A stretch of DNA of 63,822 bases, filler included, from Octopus bimaculoides (lineage: Eukaryota), in assembly GCF_001194135.2 (NCBI RefSeq). It is 4 parts of 4 records of this genome, joined end to end, with 100 filler letters (N's around TTAATTAATTAA, not from the genome) between each part and the next. Parts side by side here need not be neighbours in the genome. Positions count along the whole stretch, not along the records: positions 15,307 to 41,512 come from NC_068981.1; 3 more parts are not named here. One strand, 5' to 3'. The position numbers and the translations under genes are program-made. How positions within the stretch are numbered: position 1 is the first letter of the stretch; each line of letters opens with the position of its first letter. A model generated the notes under the pieces. The model ran no database searches. It was not told the DNA's origin and was given only the letters and a program-made list of their open reading frames with translations. Below are positions 24,491 to 36,743 of the stretch, piece after piece.

Positions 24491-26254
24491 NNNNNNNNNN
24501 NNNNNNNNNNNNNNNNNNNNNNNNNNNNNNNNNNNNNNNNNNNNNNNNNNNNNNNNNNNNNNNNNNNNNNNNNNNNNNNNNNNNTATATATCTTCTACAT
24601 ATGTGGAAAATCGGTGTGTGTTTGTTTGTAGCGTTGTTAGCTAACTTCTACATCGTTTTATTGATTTTGATGAAACTTGACATGTGAGTAGAACTCCTGT
24701 CTGGAAACCTCGTGACATACTTAGATTGTTGAAAAATCGAGATTACGGCCCCTGGAAGGGACCATTATATCTACCTCATAAAACTATTTTTTTTGAACAC
24801 CCAAGGGAAATAACCCATAGCGCCTATAGAATATTTTTTTGTGTCCTATTTCTAATTTTGCAGACAATATCACTTTTATACTTTATTTGACACGTGAATA
24901 GAACTCATGTCTGGAAACCTCATGGCATACTTAGATTGTTGAAAAATAATCGATAATAGGGCCCCTCCAATAGATCCTTCTATGTACTACATATTACTAA
25001 TATTTTATTTAAACAACCCTAAGGAAATAACCCATACCACCTGCAGATTTTAGCGAAGCGATCAATATTTGATTCTCATGATCAGCCGACTAAATTTTGC
25101 ATTTCACTACACACAGTTTTGAACTGCGAAACATTATTATTGCACTTCCTCAATTTGAATCTTAAACATTAAAAGCTTCATTCATGCATTTCTATACATA
25201 CATACTTTTTTGAATGCCCATTACTCCGATAATTCTAAATTTTTACAATTATACTTTTTCCATGACAGTAGATAATTTTTTTTTTATTCCACAACGTATT
25301 TGTAGTGGCGTCAGGCAGACTTAGCGTGGATTCGATCCTCGATTGCCAAATTTCACTTAACACTTCAACAGCGCTTTTCTCAAGGTAAAACTATAGTTTT
25401 TCTGTCAATGACAGCAGTTATACATTTTCCAGATGCCTTCGCTAAGCAGAATAATGTTTTCGCCTCTCGACAACCTCCGACAACTTCTATCACCAACCTC
25501 CGAAAATATTTCTCGCTAACCTCCGAAAACCTCTCTCGCCAACATCCAATAATCTCTCCCTCCCCCAGCTGACAGTTTTTTGTACTTTTTCTTGACGGAA
25601 AATACACATTTTGTCGTAGTTATAACGAAATTGCTTTCTTATATCAGAGTAATAAGGCGTNNNNNNNNNNNNNNNNNNNNNNNNNNNNNNNNNNNNNNNN
25701 NNNNNNNNNNNNNNNNNNNNNNNNNNNNNNNNNNNNNNNNNNNNNNNNNNNNNNNNNNNNNNNNNNNNNNNNNNNNNNNNNNNNNNNNNNNNNNNNNNNN
25801 NNNNNNNNNNNNNNNNNNNNNNNNNNNNNNNNNNNNNNNNNNNNNNNNNNNNNNNNNNNNNNNNNNNNNNNNNNNNNNNNNNNNNNNNNNNNNNNNNNNN
25901 NNNNNNNNNNNNNNNNNNNNNNNNNNNNNNNNNNNNNNNNNNNNNNNNNNNNNNNNNNNNNNNNNNNNNNNNNNNNNNNNNNNNNNNNNNNNNNNNNNNN
26001 NNNNNNNNNNNNNNNNNNNNNNNNNNNNNNNNNNNNNNNNNNNNNNNNNNNNNNNNNNNNNNNNNNNNNNNNNNNNNNNNNNNNNNNNNNNNNNNNNNNN
26101 NTATATCGGATGAAAATATTTTGTAGTTGAATGTGTTTATTGGATAGAAGATGGTAATTTATCTTTCCTTGTGTCGATCCGCGAGTTCAAATCCAGGCAC
26201 ATGCACCTTACTCTATGAAAATATGTTTCTGAGAATGATTCTATAGCTTTTTAA

Positions 26255-26575
26255 CTATGAAGGCACATGCCCAAGTAGTTAGAGCGTCGGGCTCACAAAA
26301 ATGAGGTAATGATTTCGAATTCCGAATCGCGCTGTGTGTTGTGTTCTTGAGCAAGACTCTTTATTTCACGTGGCTCCAGTACACTCATCGGTAGAAGTGA
26401 GGCGTTACGTCAATGGCGCCAAGCAGTATCAGCCTTTGTCCTTCTGTTGGATAACATCGGTGGCATGGAGAGAAGAGTATGGTATACATAGGTAACAGCT
26501 GGTTTTCCAGAAAAGATCTCGCCAATTTGTGCCTCAGAGAGGAACATTCTAGATGCAATCCCATGGACATTCTTG
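26255..26575 (+). mobile_element. SINE family C in the intron of paralogue 1; same position as 38494-38810 in paralogue 2
   Basis: tRNA-like head gaaggcacatg..agtagttagagcgtcgg..; both copies share flanking sequence. Confidence 0.8.
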
Positions 26576-26959
26576 ACAGAAATTTGACTTTATTTTACCT
26601 AATAGATAACTAAATAGTTAGATAAATGAATGCTCAGAGTATGTGCTAGATGTCCTTCTATTTTACGCTTTTTAAAGCATTTACGCACTTTCTACTTTAA
26701 TAGCTGCAAAATTTGTGCTCATATGTACTCAACTGCAACTTTGGATAAATTAGAAGTGGAATCAAAGAATTACTTGTGTATAATAAATTTCTATAGATGT
26801 ATAAAAATTTACAAGTCCACGTGTATATATATATATATNNNNNNNNNNNNNNNNNNNNNNNNNNNNNNNNNNNNNNNNNNNNNNNNNNNNNNNNNNNNNN
26901 NNNNNNNNNNNNNNNNNNNNNNNNNNNNNNNNNNNNNNNNNNNNNNNNNNNNNNNNNNN

Positions 26960-27007
<48 letters not shown>

Positions 27008-27214
27008 ACCAAAGCAAATAATTAGATCAATATTCCAAAGCCATAAAATTACGTCTCAGATGTATAATAACAATCTGAGTAATGTACATAAGTAATATCA
27101 ATTACTCGTTTGAACAAATGGTAGATCTTTCCATTAATGATATGAGTGTAACCATAGAAATATGACTAAAAATATAAATATAACACTTGGTATATACAAT
27201 GTTTGTTTGCTTAC

Positions 27215-27229
27215 GTTGGAGCTATTCAT
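27215..27229 (-). pseudogene. IL17-like: IL-17-like paralogue 1, coding exon 1 (MNSSN)
   Basis: ATG AAT AGC TCC AAC|gtaagc; flanks align with 39385-39399. Confidence 0.7.
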
Positions 27230-27690
27230 TATAATGCTTGGTCACTTGGAATGGAAACGATGACAACAGAAATGTATATATATTTTCAAACAACTCAAAC
27301 AAAATTTTAAAAAATAATATTCGCTTGTGTTGATACTAGCTATTCAGAGATAGCTAATATTTGATATTTGACGCGGTGGAGTTATCGTATGACATAACGC
27401 GTGATGGAAACTAAGAATTTATAAATAAAACAAGAAGGAACTAAGAAAATTACGAGAAAATATTCTCCCGCTAAAGGGAATTATCTGATATCGAGCAACA
27501 AAATAATGGCTACCAATATATCTAGAGGAAAGTCTCAAGTAACCAGGACATAGCTTATAATGTTTCCTCTTTTACCTGTTAATCGGATGGTGTGCGGTGT
27601 GAGTTGTCTTAATACACGGGAACTAAGTAAAATATTATCTTGCGTATTTTTCCGTTCTATTTTAATGTACTTTATTCTATTTATTGCCTA

Positions 27691-27788
<98 letters not shown>

Positions 27789-28030
27789 GTGTCTGTCTAT
27801 CTATCTATTAATATATATATATATATATATATAAGACAAGAATTAAGATCTAAAAACCCAAATTAAGATAAGATAAGAATTAAGAACTAAAACTCAAATT
27901 ATGCAATCAACATTTTATACATGCTCATACTGCTATAATTCGACTTAAAATACGTATATACATATTAATACATATCGACATATATTAATATTTAAACACA
28001 CACACACACGCATGCACGCACATACGCACG

Positions 28031-28121
<91 letters not shown>

Positions 28122-28135
28122 CAATATACATAAAA

Positions 28136-30362
28136 ACATGTAAATGAAATCCATGTGAGATATATATAGAAAGAAGTATGAGAAAAAGAACTGATAAAAA
28201 TTTTTCTCATACTAAAATTAAGAGCTGTTAAGAATTTCAGTTAAAAGATGCATAGAATGCAATGTGTTTCTTTTTTTAAATATATAAGTGGTATATGAGC
28301 TATGTAATACAATTCGAGGAAGTTCACTTTATACGGCGTTTCCAGATAGAAAAATTAATAGAAATCTTACGCCTCCATGTCTTCTATCCTTTTTAAACAA
28401 GGCCTTAATTTTTGCACGCAAATTTACTAATATGTCTAGGTCAGACATTGACATAATCTTGGCAGCCAGAAATACCCTTATTAACTTTGATGAATATAAA
28501 TGATTAGATCTGAATCTATGGACTATTTTGATATAACTATGGGGTCGTCCAATTTAGCACAGGTGACGGATTTGGTGGGCATATATCCCCTCTCTCAAAT
28601 TAAAAATAGCTTCCAAAATGTATCCTGAGGTCTTCATAAGGACGATGCGCTCCTTGTTACCCATGGGTTATCTAAACCGGTGGTAGAATTTTTTTGCTAG
28701 ATTTTTTCAACCATAGTATTATTGTTTATACTAATTCTAAGGTAGTCAAATATCTGGACGTATCATTGAACCTTAAAACTCAATTATACTATCCATTTAG
28801 AAAACCAAATCAATCCCTGCAATATATCAACGTTTCCTCCAATCATCCTAGATTAATTATTAACGGAATCGTTACAGCTATTACCGTTAGAATCTTAAAT
28901 TTATTTATCAATGAGGAGATCTTTAATAAACAAGCTCCGATTTACAATAACGCCTTGAAACAAAGTGCTTTTTTACAATCAAATTTCTTACATGTCTAAC
29001 ACTAAACTTAAAAGAATATTAACAAATATATCTCATAATTCTGTGTCTAAAACTATTAGCGCAAACCCTGTATTGATAAACATAGAAATAAATAATCCAC
29101 ATGGCAAACATATCATATTTAGTGGAATACAACCTAGTAATAAATTTCTAAAATGTGTAACATGACCAAACATCCAATTCTAGAAAACGCGAAAGAATCT
29201 GGCTTACCCACCCTTTTCTCTTAAGTTTAAGAACTTGCCTAAATTGTTTTTCAAGATCTTGAAGGCTAATTTTCCAAAGCACCACATATATTACTGAATT
29301 TGTAATAAATCTTCAATAAAATTCACCTACTCTGCAATGCCTTATCCAGGATATATTGTAGCTTCCATAATTAGAAGTACAATCAATCGAATAATAACTC
29401 TAATAACGTACCTAATGTAGGCCCTGGTAATAATAACAAATCTAGAGATAGAAGTAAGTTTAAAATTAATAATGCTAATCCACGTCAACTTTTGGTAGTT
29501 ACAGAACCTGACAACTCATCCCCCCCAAACAAAAAAGAACAACAATAAGACAAAATGACAATCACGGGAATAATAGCCGAAAAATAAACATGTAGCTGTA
29601 GAGTGCTTGAATCATGTCCACTTGCCGATTCATGTCTTAAGAAAAATGTGGAGTATGAGTGTATAGTAAAAGTAGATAACTAAAAGACTAAGGTTTATAT
29701 GGAAGCATTGCTGATTTAAGAGGAGATATAGAGCTCACTTAAATTCCTTTATTAAAGTTAAGTATAAAAGCTCAACAACTCTCGCTTCATATATACACTA
29801 CCTAAGAGATAGCAACACTAATTATTCTTTATGTTGGACCATAATTGCGGAGCGCCCCACCCCTTATAGTGCTAGTTCGAATAGATGCAGGTTATGTATA
29901 AGAGAATCGTACATTATCCTTAGATCCTATAGTTTAAATATCTTAAATAATTTCTCTGATGCAATTCCTTCATGAAGTCAGAAATTCCATCCTATATTTT
30001 CGAAAAATCATAGAAATAAACATGTTGGATGATTTGGAAGAGTACCTGCAAATTGAAAACTTTTAGCTCTCAGTACCGTGATAATTATATTGTGCTATGT
30101 TTAATTGCTTGCATGGTTTGTAAGATTTCTATTAATTTTTCTTCCACGACATGAACTCTGGAAACGACTGTAGAAAGTGGCCTTCCTCGAATTCTATTAT
30201 ATAGTTTATATACCATTAATATACATAAAAAATCACATTAAATTCTATGCATTTTTTAATTGAAATTCTTAACCACACTTAGTTTTAGTACGAAAAGGTT
30301 TTTATCAGTTCTTTTTCTCACACTTCTTTCCATATATATCCCACATGGGTTTTATGCACATG
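28136..30362 (+). mobile_element. Penelope-like element remnant (RT + GIY-YIG) with inverted ~130-bp ends
   Basis: ITMGSSNLAQVTDLVGIY..GLHKDDAL (RT), YLDVSLNL..YPFRKPN..YINVSSNHP (thumb), CSCR..CPL..CLKKNVEY..V..KVY (GIY-YIG); 28136-28268 is the reverse complement of 30233-30362. Confidence 0.85.
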
Positions 30363-30381
30363 TATTACAACGACCAAAGCA

Positions 30382-30752
30382 ATCACTGACTGGTGATAAC
30401 ACACGCTGAGGACGGGTAACTACCCAGAAAATTGAGACTGTGTATATCACGTAAGTCTAGGGATGGTAGCGATGACCTCCCCTCGCAAATACTAATCGGA
30501 CACAGGATGTGTGTCGTTAGCTAGCTGGAAGAGATGTTTTCCTGGGGGTATAAACGCCAGTAGCACTGTCCCGTATAGGATGCCACATTTGGTTGACAAT
30601 TATGTTACGATTCTGTATTGCCACTGATTACATCTCGCTCAGAGATTTACTATAGTTAATTCTCCTTTTTCGAGATCAGCGATGATTCGTCGCTGGGAAA
30701 AGCTTATAGCATTTTGCGAGTGGGGTGAGTTTTCATTACTAGCTGGTAATTG
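30382..30752 (+). repeat. Hammerhead-containing unit A (354 bp) plus the start of the next unit
   Basis: Colinear with 33041-33261 and with 41613-41970; unit start atcactgactggtgat recurs as attactagctggtaat at 30736. Confidence 0.75.
30399..30445 (+). ncRNA. Type-I hammerhead motif, decayed cleavage site
   Basis: ACACACG-CTGAGGA-cGGGT aact ACCCa-GAAA-ATTGAG-AC-TGTGTAT; core and stem II intact, helix III/NUH mutated. Confidence 0.6.
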
Positions 30753-33039
30753 TCTCCGCGTTTTTGATTGCCGTGATATGTGAGTTCGTTTTTGGCTCGT
30801 TTTATGTTATTTTACAAATTGTTGAATTGAGTTATAGTTGAATTCGAACTGTCTTGTTAACTATAATTTACGCCCAGCGTGGCGAAAATACTGTTTAAAA
30901 AATATTTTATTGTTTGAAAAATTTCTGTGAAAAATTAATTTTTTCCCTGTTCGGGCGTTGTTTTTTGGCCATTATGGCAAATACTGAAAATATGAATTTC
31001 AATTTGGATTCTCGAAAGGACTTCCCTGCTATGGGAAAAGAAAGTGATTCGTCTAAGGAGAAAAAACAGTTTTTCTGCCGCGGTCGGTGGCAAGGAAATA
31101 GAAATGAAGTTTAAAATGGAACAACTGTTCAGTTACCGCAATATGGTGAAGCAGGTCGACGGCGATACCAAATTAATTCCGCCGCCAGAAACGGTGGCGG
31201 AAATAAATGCCAGAACCGGAAGCGAAGAATGAGGTAGTGGAGAGTTGCTTGGCACCCATCTGGAACTAAATATGCTACGTTGGCCGAGGAATACGTAGTA
31301 CAACTGTGGAGGCACAGTTCCAGTCGGCCAACGTAGCAAAAGAAATAGCTATCAGAACACTGAAAAATGGGGAGATAATGCTGCTACCCACCTATCTGGG
31401 TCGCAGAACGGTCAAAATTGTAGTGGAGGAAATACCTGTAGGCTACGAAATGTTGTGTCCAACGAAGCACAGCTACCTCGTGTAGAAGATGCTATCAGAG
31501 GATACGAGGCGGTGGCAAGAGCAAAAGTTAACAAGGACAAGTCGATTGGCTTGCGCCTCGGTACCTGCAGGAGCAAATTGATATCGGCCAGTGTCCTGGG
31601 GCACTGGACCGATGGTCCTATTAAGTTGCTTGGAGTTTGGTTTGGGCTGGACTCCCTGACGGAAAAGAATTGGAGTGAGCTGGCAAACAAGGTGGAGGCA
31701 CTAGTCTGGATTTGGTCCGGAAGACCTCTGTCCTTGAAAGGAGAGGCGAAGGTGGTGCAGGTGTTTATTGCATCTATAATCACTTACCGCCTGACCGTTG
31801 TCCCTTGCCCTGATTCGTGGCTAAAAAAAGTTGAAACGACACCTTTTTCCGCTTTTTGTGGAAGGGTGGAGAGCCACTTGTGAGGCGCTCCGTTTGCTGT
31901 CAGGATCCGTTAAAGGGTGGGTTAGGGGTGCCTTGGTTAATGATGCACAGACATGCGTTGAGGCAGAGACCTCTCTGCCGCCACCTGGAAGTTGATAAGG
32001 TGTGGAGCCCGCTGACGGAGGGATTCTCCCCACGACCGGCCACTATGGTAAAATTTAAGCTCGGTTTTATAAAAAGACGAAACCTGACTGAATGGCAAAA
32101 GGAGTGCCAAGAGGCACTCACGCTTATCCACAAGGCGCGCAAAGCCGGCAGCAGGAATACCACCTCGGTGTTCTATAGAGGGCTGGTGGTGTTTAGAAAC
32201 GATGATGTCTTAGGAGGGGCTCTAGGGTTCGACGAGAACCAACTCGCCAACCTGTTTAGTAGGACTGTCAGACCGGAGTATTTGGATACTGACCAAAGAT
32301 CCCTAGCCTGGCAGTGCTGCATGAAAGCGCTACCTGTTCGCGAAAAGTTATCCAGACACGGAGTTTCAGTGCCATCGACTTGCCCAAGATGTGGCCTGGA
32401 CGACGAAACCGTCCAGCATGCTTTTGTACAATCTCGGGAGCTGTCAAGCTTGATGGTTTTTCGTGGAACACGTGTTGTCGTATCTGCGAAGAGTACGGCT
32501 ATCGACTGGATCTATGATATAGATGGTACTGCCAACCGGACTCTCAAAAGAAGGTGTGGCATGTTTTCTCTGTACGGTTGCAGTACTGAAAGAATGCGCA
32601 TGGTGAACAAGAATGGAAGGTGTCGCGACAGGATCCTTCATCTCTGGCCCCGGTTTACTAAATTACTTCAGATACCATCTGAAGAGCAAGATGTGACTGG
32701 ATCGGAAAACCTTGACACGTAGGGTATATGAGGAAAGATGGAAGGACGTGATGAGAAAGGTGGGTGCGAGTAACCCAGCTTAACCATCGATGAAAGGAAA
32801 ATAGATAGTCGCCGGGCCTTACAGGCTCCCGGGTGAATCCGCCTGATTTCATTTTTATTTTAAGAGAAAAAAAAAAGGTGGTGTCAAAAAAAGGAAAAAA
32901 AAAACAAAGTCAGTTAATTGTACATAAACGGATGTCATTTGTAAATATACTCATCTGAACTCAGATATCATTTTGTGTGTTTGTGATGTCCTGCAATGTC
33001 CCCCTCTGTGTTTGATTGTATAATCATAATAAAAATATT
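30753..33039 (+). mobile_element. L1/Tx1-clade LINE, full 5' end, large internal deletion
   Basis: ORF1 from ATG 30974 (LLPTYLGRRTVKIVVEEIP) fused at ~31450 to the post-YADD part of ORF2 (AKVNKDKS, IKLLGVWFG, LSLKG, LWKG, GGLG, CPRCG..ETVQHAF zinc finger); 3' UTR with AATAAA at 33028. Confidence 0.85.
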
Positions 33040-33261
33040 CATCACTAGTTGGTGATTAATACAAGCTGAGGATGAGCAACCACCCAGAAACTCGAGTCCG
33101 TGCGTATCACGTAAGGCTAGGGATGGAAGCGATGACCTCCTCTCGCAAATACTAATTGGACATAGAATGTGTCTCGTTTACCAACAGGAAGAGATATCTT
33201 CCTGAACTATAAATGCCAGTAGCACTGTCCCGTTTAGGACGCCAAACTTGGTTGGCAATTA
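33040..33261 (+). repeat. Hammerhead-containing unit B (partial), ending in (TA)n
   Basis: Roughly 75-80% identical by eye to 30382-30602. Confidence 0.8.
33059..33107 (+). ncRNA. Type-I hammerhead motif with GUC cleavage site (after 33098)
   Basis: ATACAAG-CTGAGGA-TGAGC aacc ACCCA-GAAA-CTCGAG-TC^CGTGCGTAT; palindromic ACTCGAGT helix III; stems I and II partly decayed. Confidence 0.65.
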
Positions 33262-35250
33262 AACATATATATATATATATATATTTTGATTTATTAAGTC
33301 TCTTAATGAATTCTTTATACTGAAATATATATTGAAGAAGATAAATATGTTCATTTGAATATATACGTTTTTGCGTCGTAACTCCTTTATTATTATTAAT
33401 ATAACCAAAAGGATCGATTCTTGAAGAGTCTGCATACCTTCACTGTCGTTTTTTTTTCTGCTATTTAGGTGATGATTTTTTAAGTTAGCTTGCCAATTAT
33501 TTTTGTTGGTAGTTAATTTATAATNNNNNNNNNNNNNNNNNNNNNNNNNNNNNNNNNNNNNNNNNNNNNNNNNNNNNNNNNNNNNNNNNNNNNNNNNNNN
33601 NNNNNNNNNNNNNNNNNNNNNNNNNNNNNNNNNNNNNNNNNNNNNNNNNNNNNNNNNNNNNNNNNNNNNNNNNNNNNNNNNNNNNNNNNNNNNNNNNNNN
33701 NNNNNNNNNNNNNNNNNNNNNNNNNNNNNNNNNNNNNNNNNNNNNNNNNNNNNNNNNNNNNNNNNNNNNNNNNNNNNNNNNNNNNNNNNNNNNNNNNNNN
33801 NNNNNNNNNNNNNNNNNNNNNNNNNNNNNNNNNNNNNNNNNNNNNNNNNNNNNNNNNNNNNNNNNNNNNNNNNNNNNNNNNNNNNNNNNNNNNNNNNNNN
33901 NNNNNNNNNNNNNNNNNNNNNNNNNNNNNNNNNNNNNNNNNNNNNNNNNNNNNNNNNNNNNNNNNNNNNNNNNNNNNNNNNNNNNNNNNNNNNNNNNNNN
34001 NNNNNNNNNNNNNNNNNNNNNNNNNNNNNNNNNNNNNNNNNNNNNNNNNNNNNNNNNNNNNNNNNNNNNNNNNNNNNNNNNNNNNNNNNNNNNNNNNNNN
34101 NNNNNNNNNNNNNNNNNNNNNNNNNNNNNNNNNNNNNNNNNNNNNNNNNNNNNNNNNNNNNNNNNNNNNNNNNNNNNNNNNNNNNNNNNNNNNNNNNNNN
34201 NNNNNNNNNNNNNNNNNNNNNNNNNNNNNNNNNNNNNNNNNNNNNNNNNNNNNNNNNNNNNNNNNNNNNNNNNNNNNNNNNNNNNNNNNNNNNNNNNNNN
34301 NNNNNNNNNNNNNNNNNNNNNNNNNNNNNNNNNNNNNNNNNNNNNNNNNNNNNNNNNNNNNNNNNNNNNNNNNNNNNNNNNNNNNNNNNNNNNNNNNNNN
34401 NNNNNNNNNNNNNNNNNNNNNNNNNNNNNNNNNNNNNNNNNNNNNNNNNNNNNNNNNNNNNNNNNNNNNNNNNNNNNNNNNNNNNNNNNNNNNNNNNNNN
34501 NNNNNNNNNNNNNNNNNNNNNNATATATATATATATATATGTATGCATGTGTGTACGTATGAATGTATGTATGTATGTATGTATGTATGTATGTATGGAT
34601 GTGTCTCTCCATGTGTGTTTTATGTGTGTGAAGTGTGCATATGGGTATTTGGTCGTGTTTTTCAGTCTTCATTTGCGTAGGTATGCGTGTATGTATGCGT
34701 GTGTACTTGTCTGTCCGTATTACCTATGTACTTATATATCTATTTATCAACCTGTTTACTTACATGTCCATTTACCTACCTACCTAATTACCTACCTACA
34801 CACACACACACACACACGCATACACACATATATATATATATGCGCTTACATAACAACCTACTAACAACTCTACCCGTGTATATATAAACTGTGGTTATTC
34901 AGGTATGACTACCTTCTACGTTTACTTCTTGTTTAGTACTGGCGATTTTTCCTTTATCAGGACGTACTACTGTATTTGCCTGAGTGTAGGGTCCTTCGGG
35001 TGCTTGGATGAAATGCGGATGTCAATTTGACCCATTGTACCTCCATACTGGTCTTTGGCATGCTAATAGAGTATGGAGAACTGTTCTTTTTTGTCGTCTC
35101 ATTGTCTGAAATTTTCATTATCTTTTTATTAAATGTAATAAAATTTGTAATGCTATATATGGAATGATCTAAGGTGAAGCATTAGGCTCCTTATTCTAGA
35201 AAATGTACAAACAAATTATACCATTTAAATTTGCCTTTATACTCTACATG

Positions 35251-35283
<33 letters not shown>

Positions 35284-35504
35284 GAAAATGTTAAAATTAA
35301 TATTAATATCCTCGAAAAAAATTGTTAGTACAACGTCGTCAAGGATATCCAAAAGTATTGAAATTTGAATTGAGCATCTGAAATTTTACCAATAGAGAGA
35401 CGCTACCAAAACGAACTCTTAAACACAATTTTACATCAGAATTGTTTCATTGAACTAATGGTGACGTCATTCGAAAACGAAAAAATTTTCACGGTCTTTA
35501 TTAT

Positions 35505-35749
35505 TCTTTTATCTGTTTCAATGAGTAGACTCTGTCCATGCTGGAGCACCGCCTTTTAGTAGCAGAAATCGAACCCTGGATTTATTCTTTGTAAGCCTGG
35601 TGTTTACTCTATCGGTCTCTTCTGCGCAAACCGTTATTATGGAGACGTAAGCATACCACCATCTGTTGTCAAGCGATGCTGGTGGTGGTGGTGAGGGGGA
35701 GATACAAACACAGGCATAGACACACGCATATAAATAAATAAATAAATAA

Positions 35750-35783
<34 letters not shown>

Positions 35784-35793
35784 NNNNNNNNNN

Positions 35794-35837
<44 letters not shown>

Positions 35838-35990
35838 TTATTTATGTGCGGGCTTCTTTAAGTTTCCATCTACCAAATTTCCTCACAAGGCTTTGGTTGA
35901 CCCGAGGCTATAGTAGAAGTCATTTGCCGAAGGTGCCACACAGCGGGACTGGACCTGAAACCCGGAACCATGAGGTTGCGAAGCCAGACT
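35505..35990 (-). mobile_element. SINE family A, full length
   Basis: Reverse complement of head, microsatellite core and tail. Confidence 0.8.
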
Positions 35991-36601
35991 GTCACGCCTA
36001 CGCCTATTATGGTATATTAACATTAAAAAATTATTTTGTTATGTTCATAAAGTTCAATCAGCGCTTTCATCCGTTCGTAGTAATCATTAGATTTCAAAAT
36101 GTACTTGACTGACAGTTGAGTTCTTGTCAAATGTAGAAGCTCTTAGAACGATCCAACAAGCTGAATCTTTGGATTACGATATTACTGGCATAGATGCTGC
36201 CTTTTTAAAAACAGGTCAGTATATACTGTGTCGTGCGAACAAGGTAATAACCTGATATTCATACCTGGATTAAATGAGACGCTCTTCATATTCTTGTTTC
36301 CTTAGCATACAGACACGGTCAAACTGTATAAACGTTCAGTGTTAAATTAAAGTGCTCTCTCTTCCTCGAAGGAGCAGAAAATAGCTTCATTAATTTTAAC
36401 TACATATTCTAGGCTCGAGTGCGTTTACTCGAGCTCAGTTGGACTTGGAGTCAGTGACTGAAGCTTTTACATGCTTTATTTAGGCAAGAGAAAAAACATA
36501 AGAACATAAAAGACAGTTTATGTATTGATAATATATTTTTTTTTTATATCAAAATATTAGAATAAAATATTACAAAAATTAAAATGAAATAAATATAATA
36601 C

Positions 36602-36743
36602 AGTGTAGTATATTGCCACTTAAGTGTGGCTGACCCCTAGGGGTGGATGTTAACATCCACCCCTAGGGGTCAGCCACACTTAAGTGGCAATATACTACAC
36701 TTTATCGTGCAGTTACTGTTAATACTTCATTTAGAGAATTAAC
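36602..36743. mobile_element. Fold-back insertion derived from the hammerhead unit (100-bp perfect palindrome), with 11-bp TSD
   Basis: Arms 36602-36651 / 36652-36701; right part matches 41919-41970 and 41613-41665; AAATATAATAC at 36591-36601 and 36744-36754. Confidence 0.85.

Noticed and set aside
30040-30085. Possible Penelope-own hammerhead (ttggatga-tttg..caaa-ttgaaa)
   Set aside because: Core is not CUGANGA and there is no stem I or helix III support
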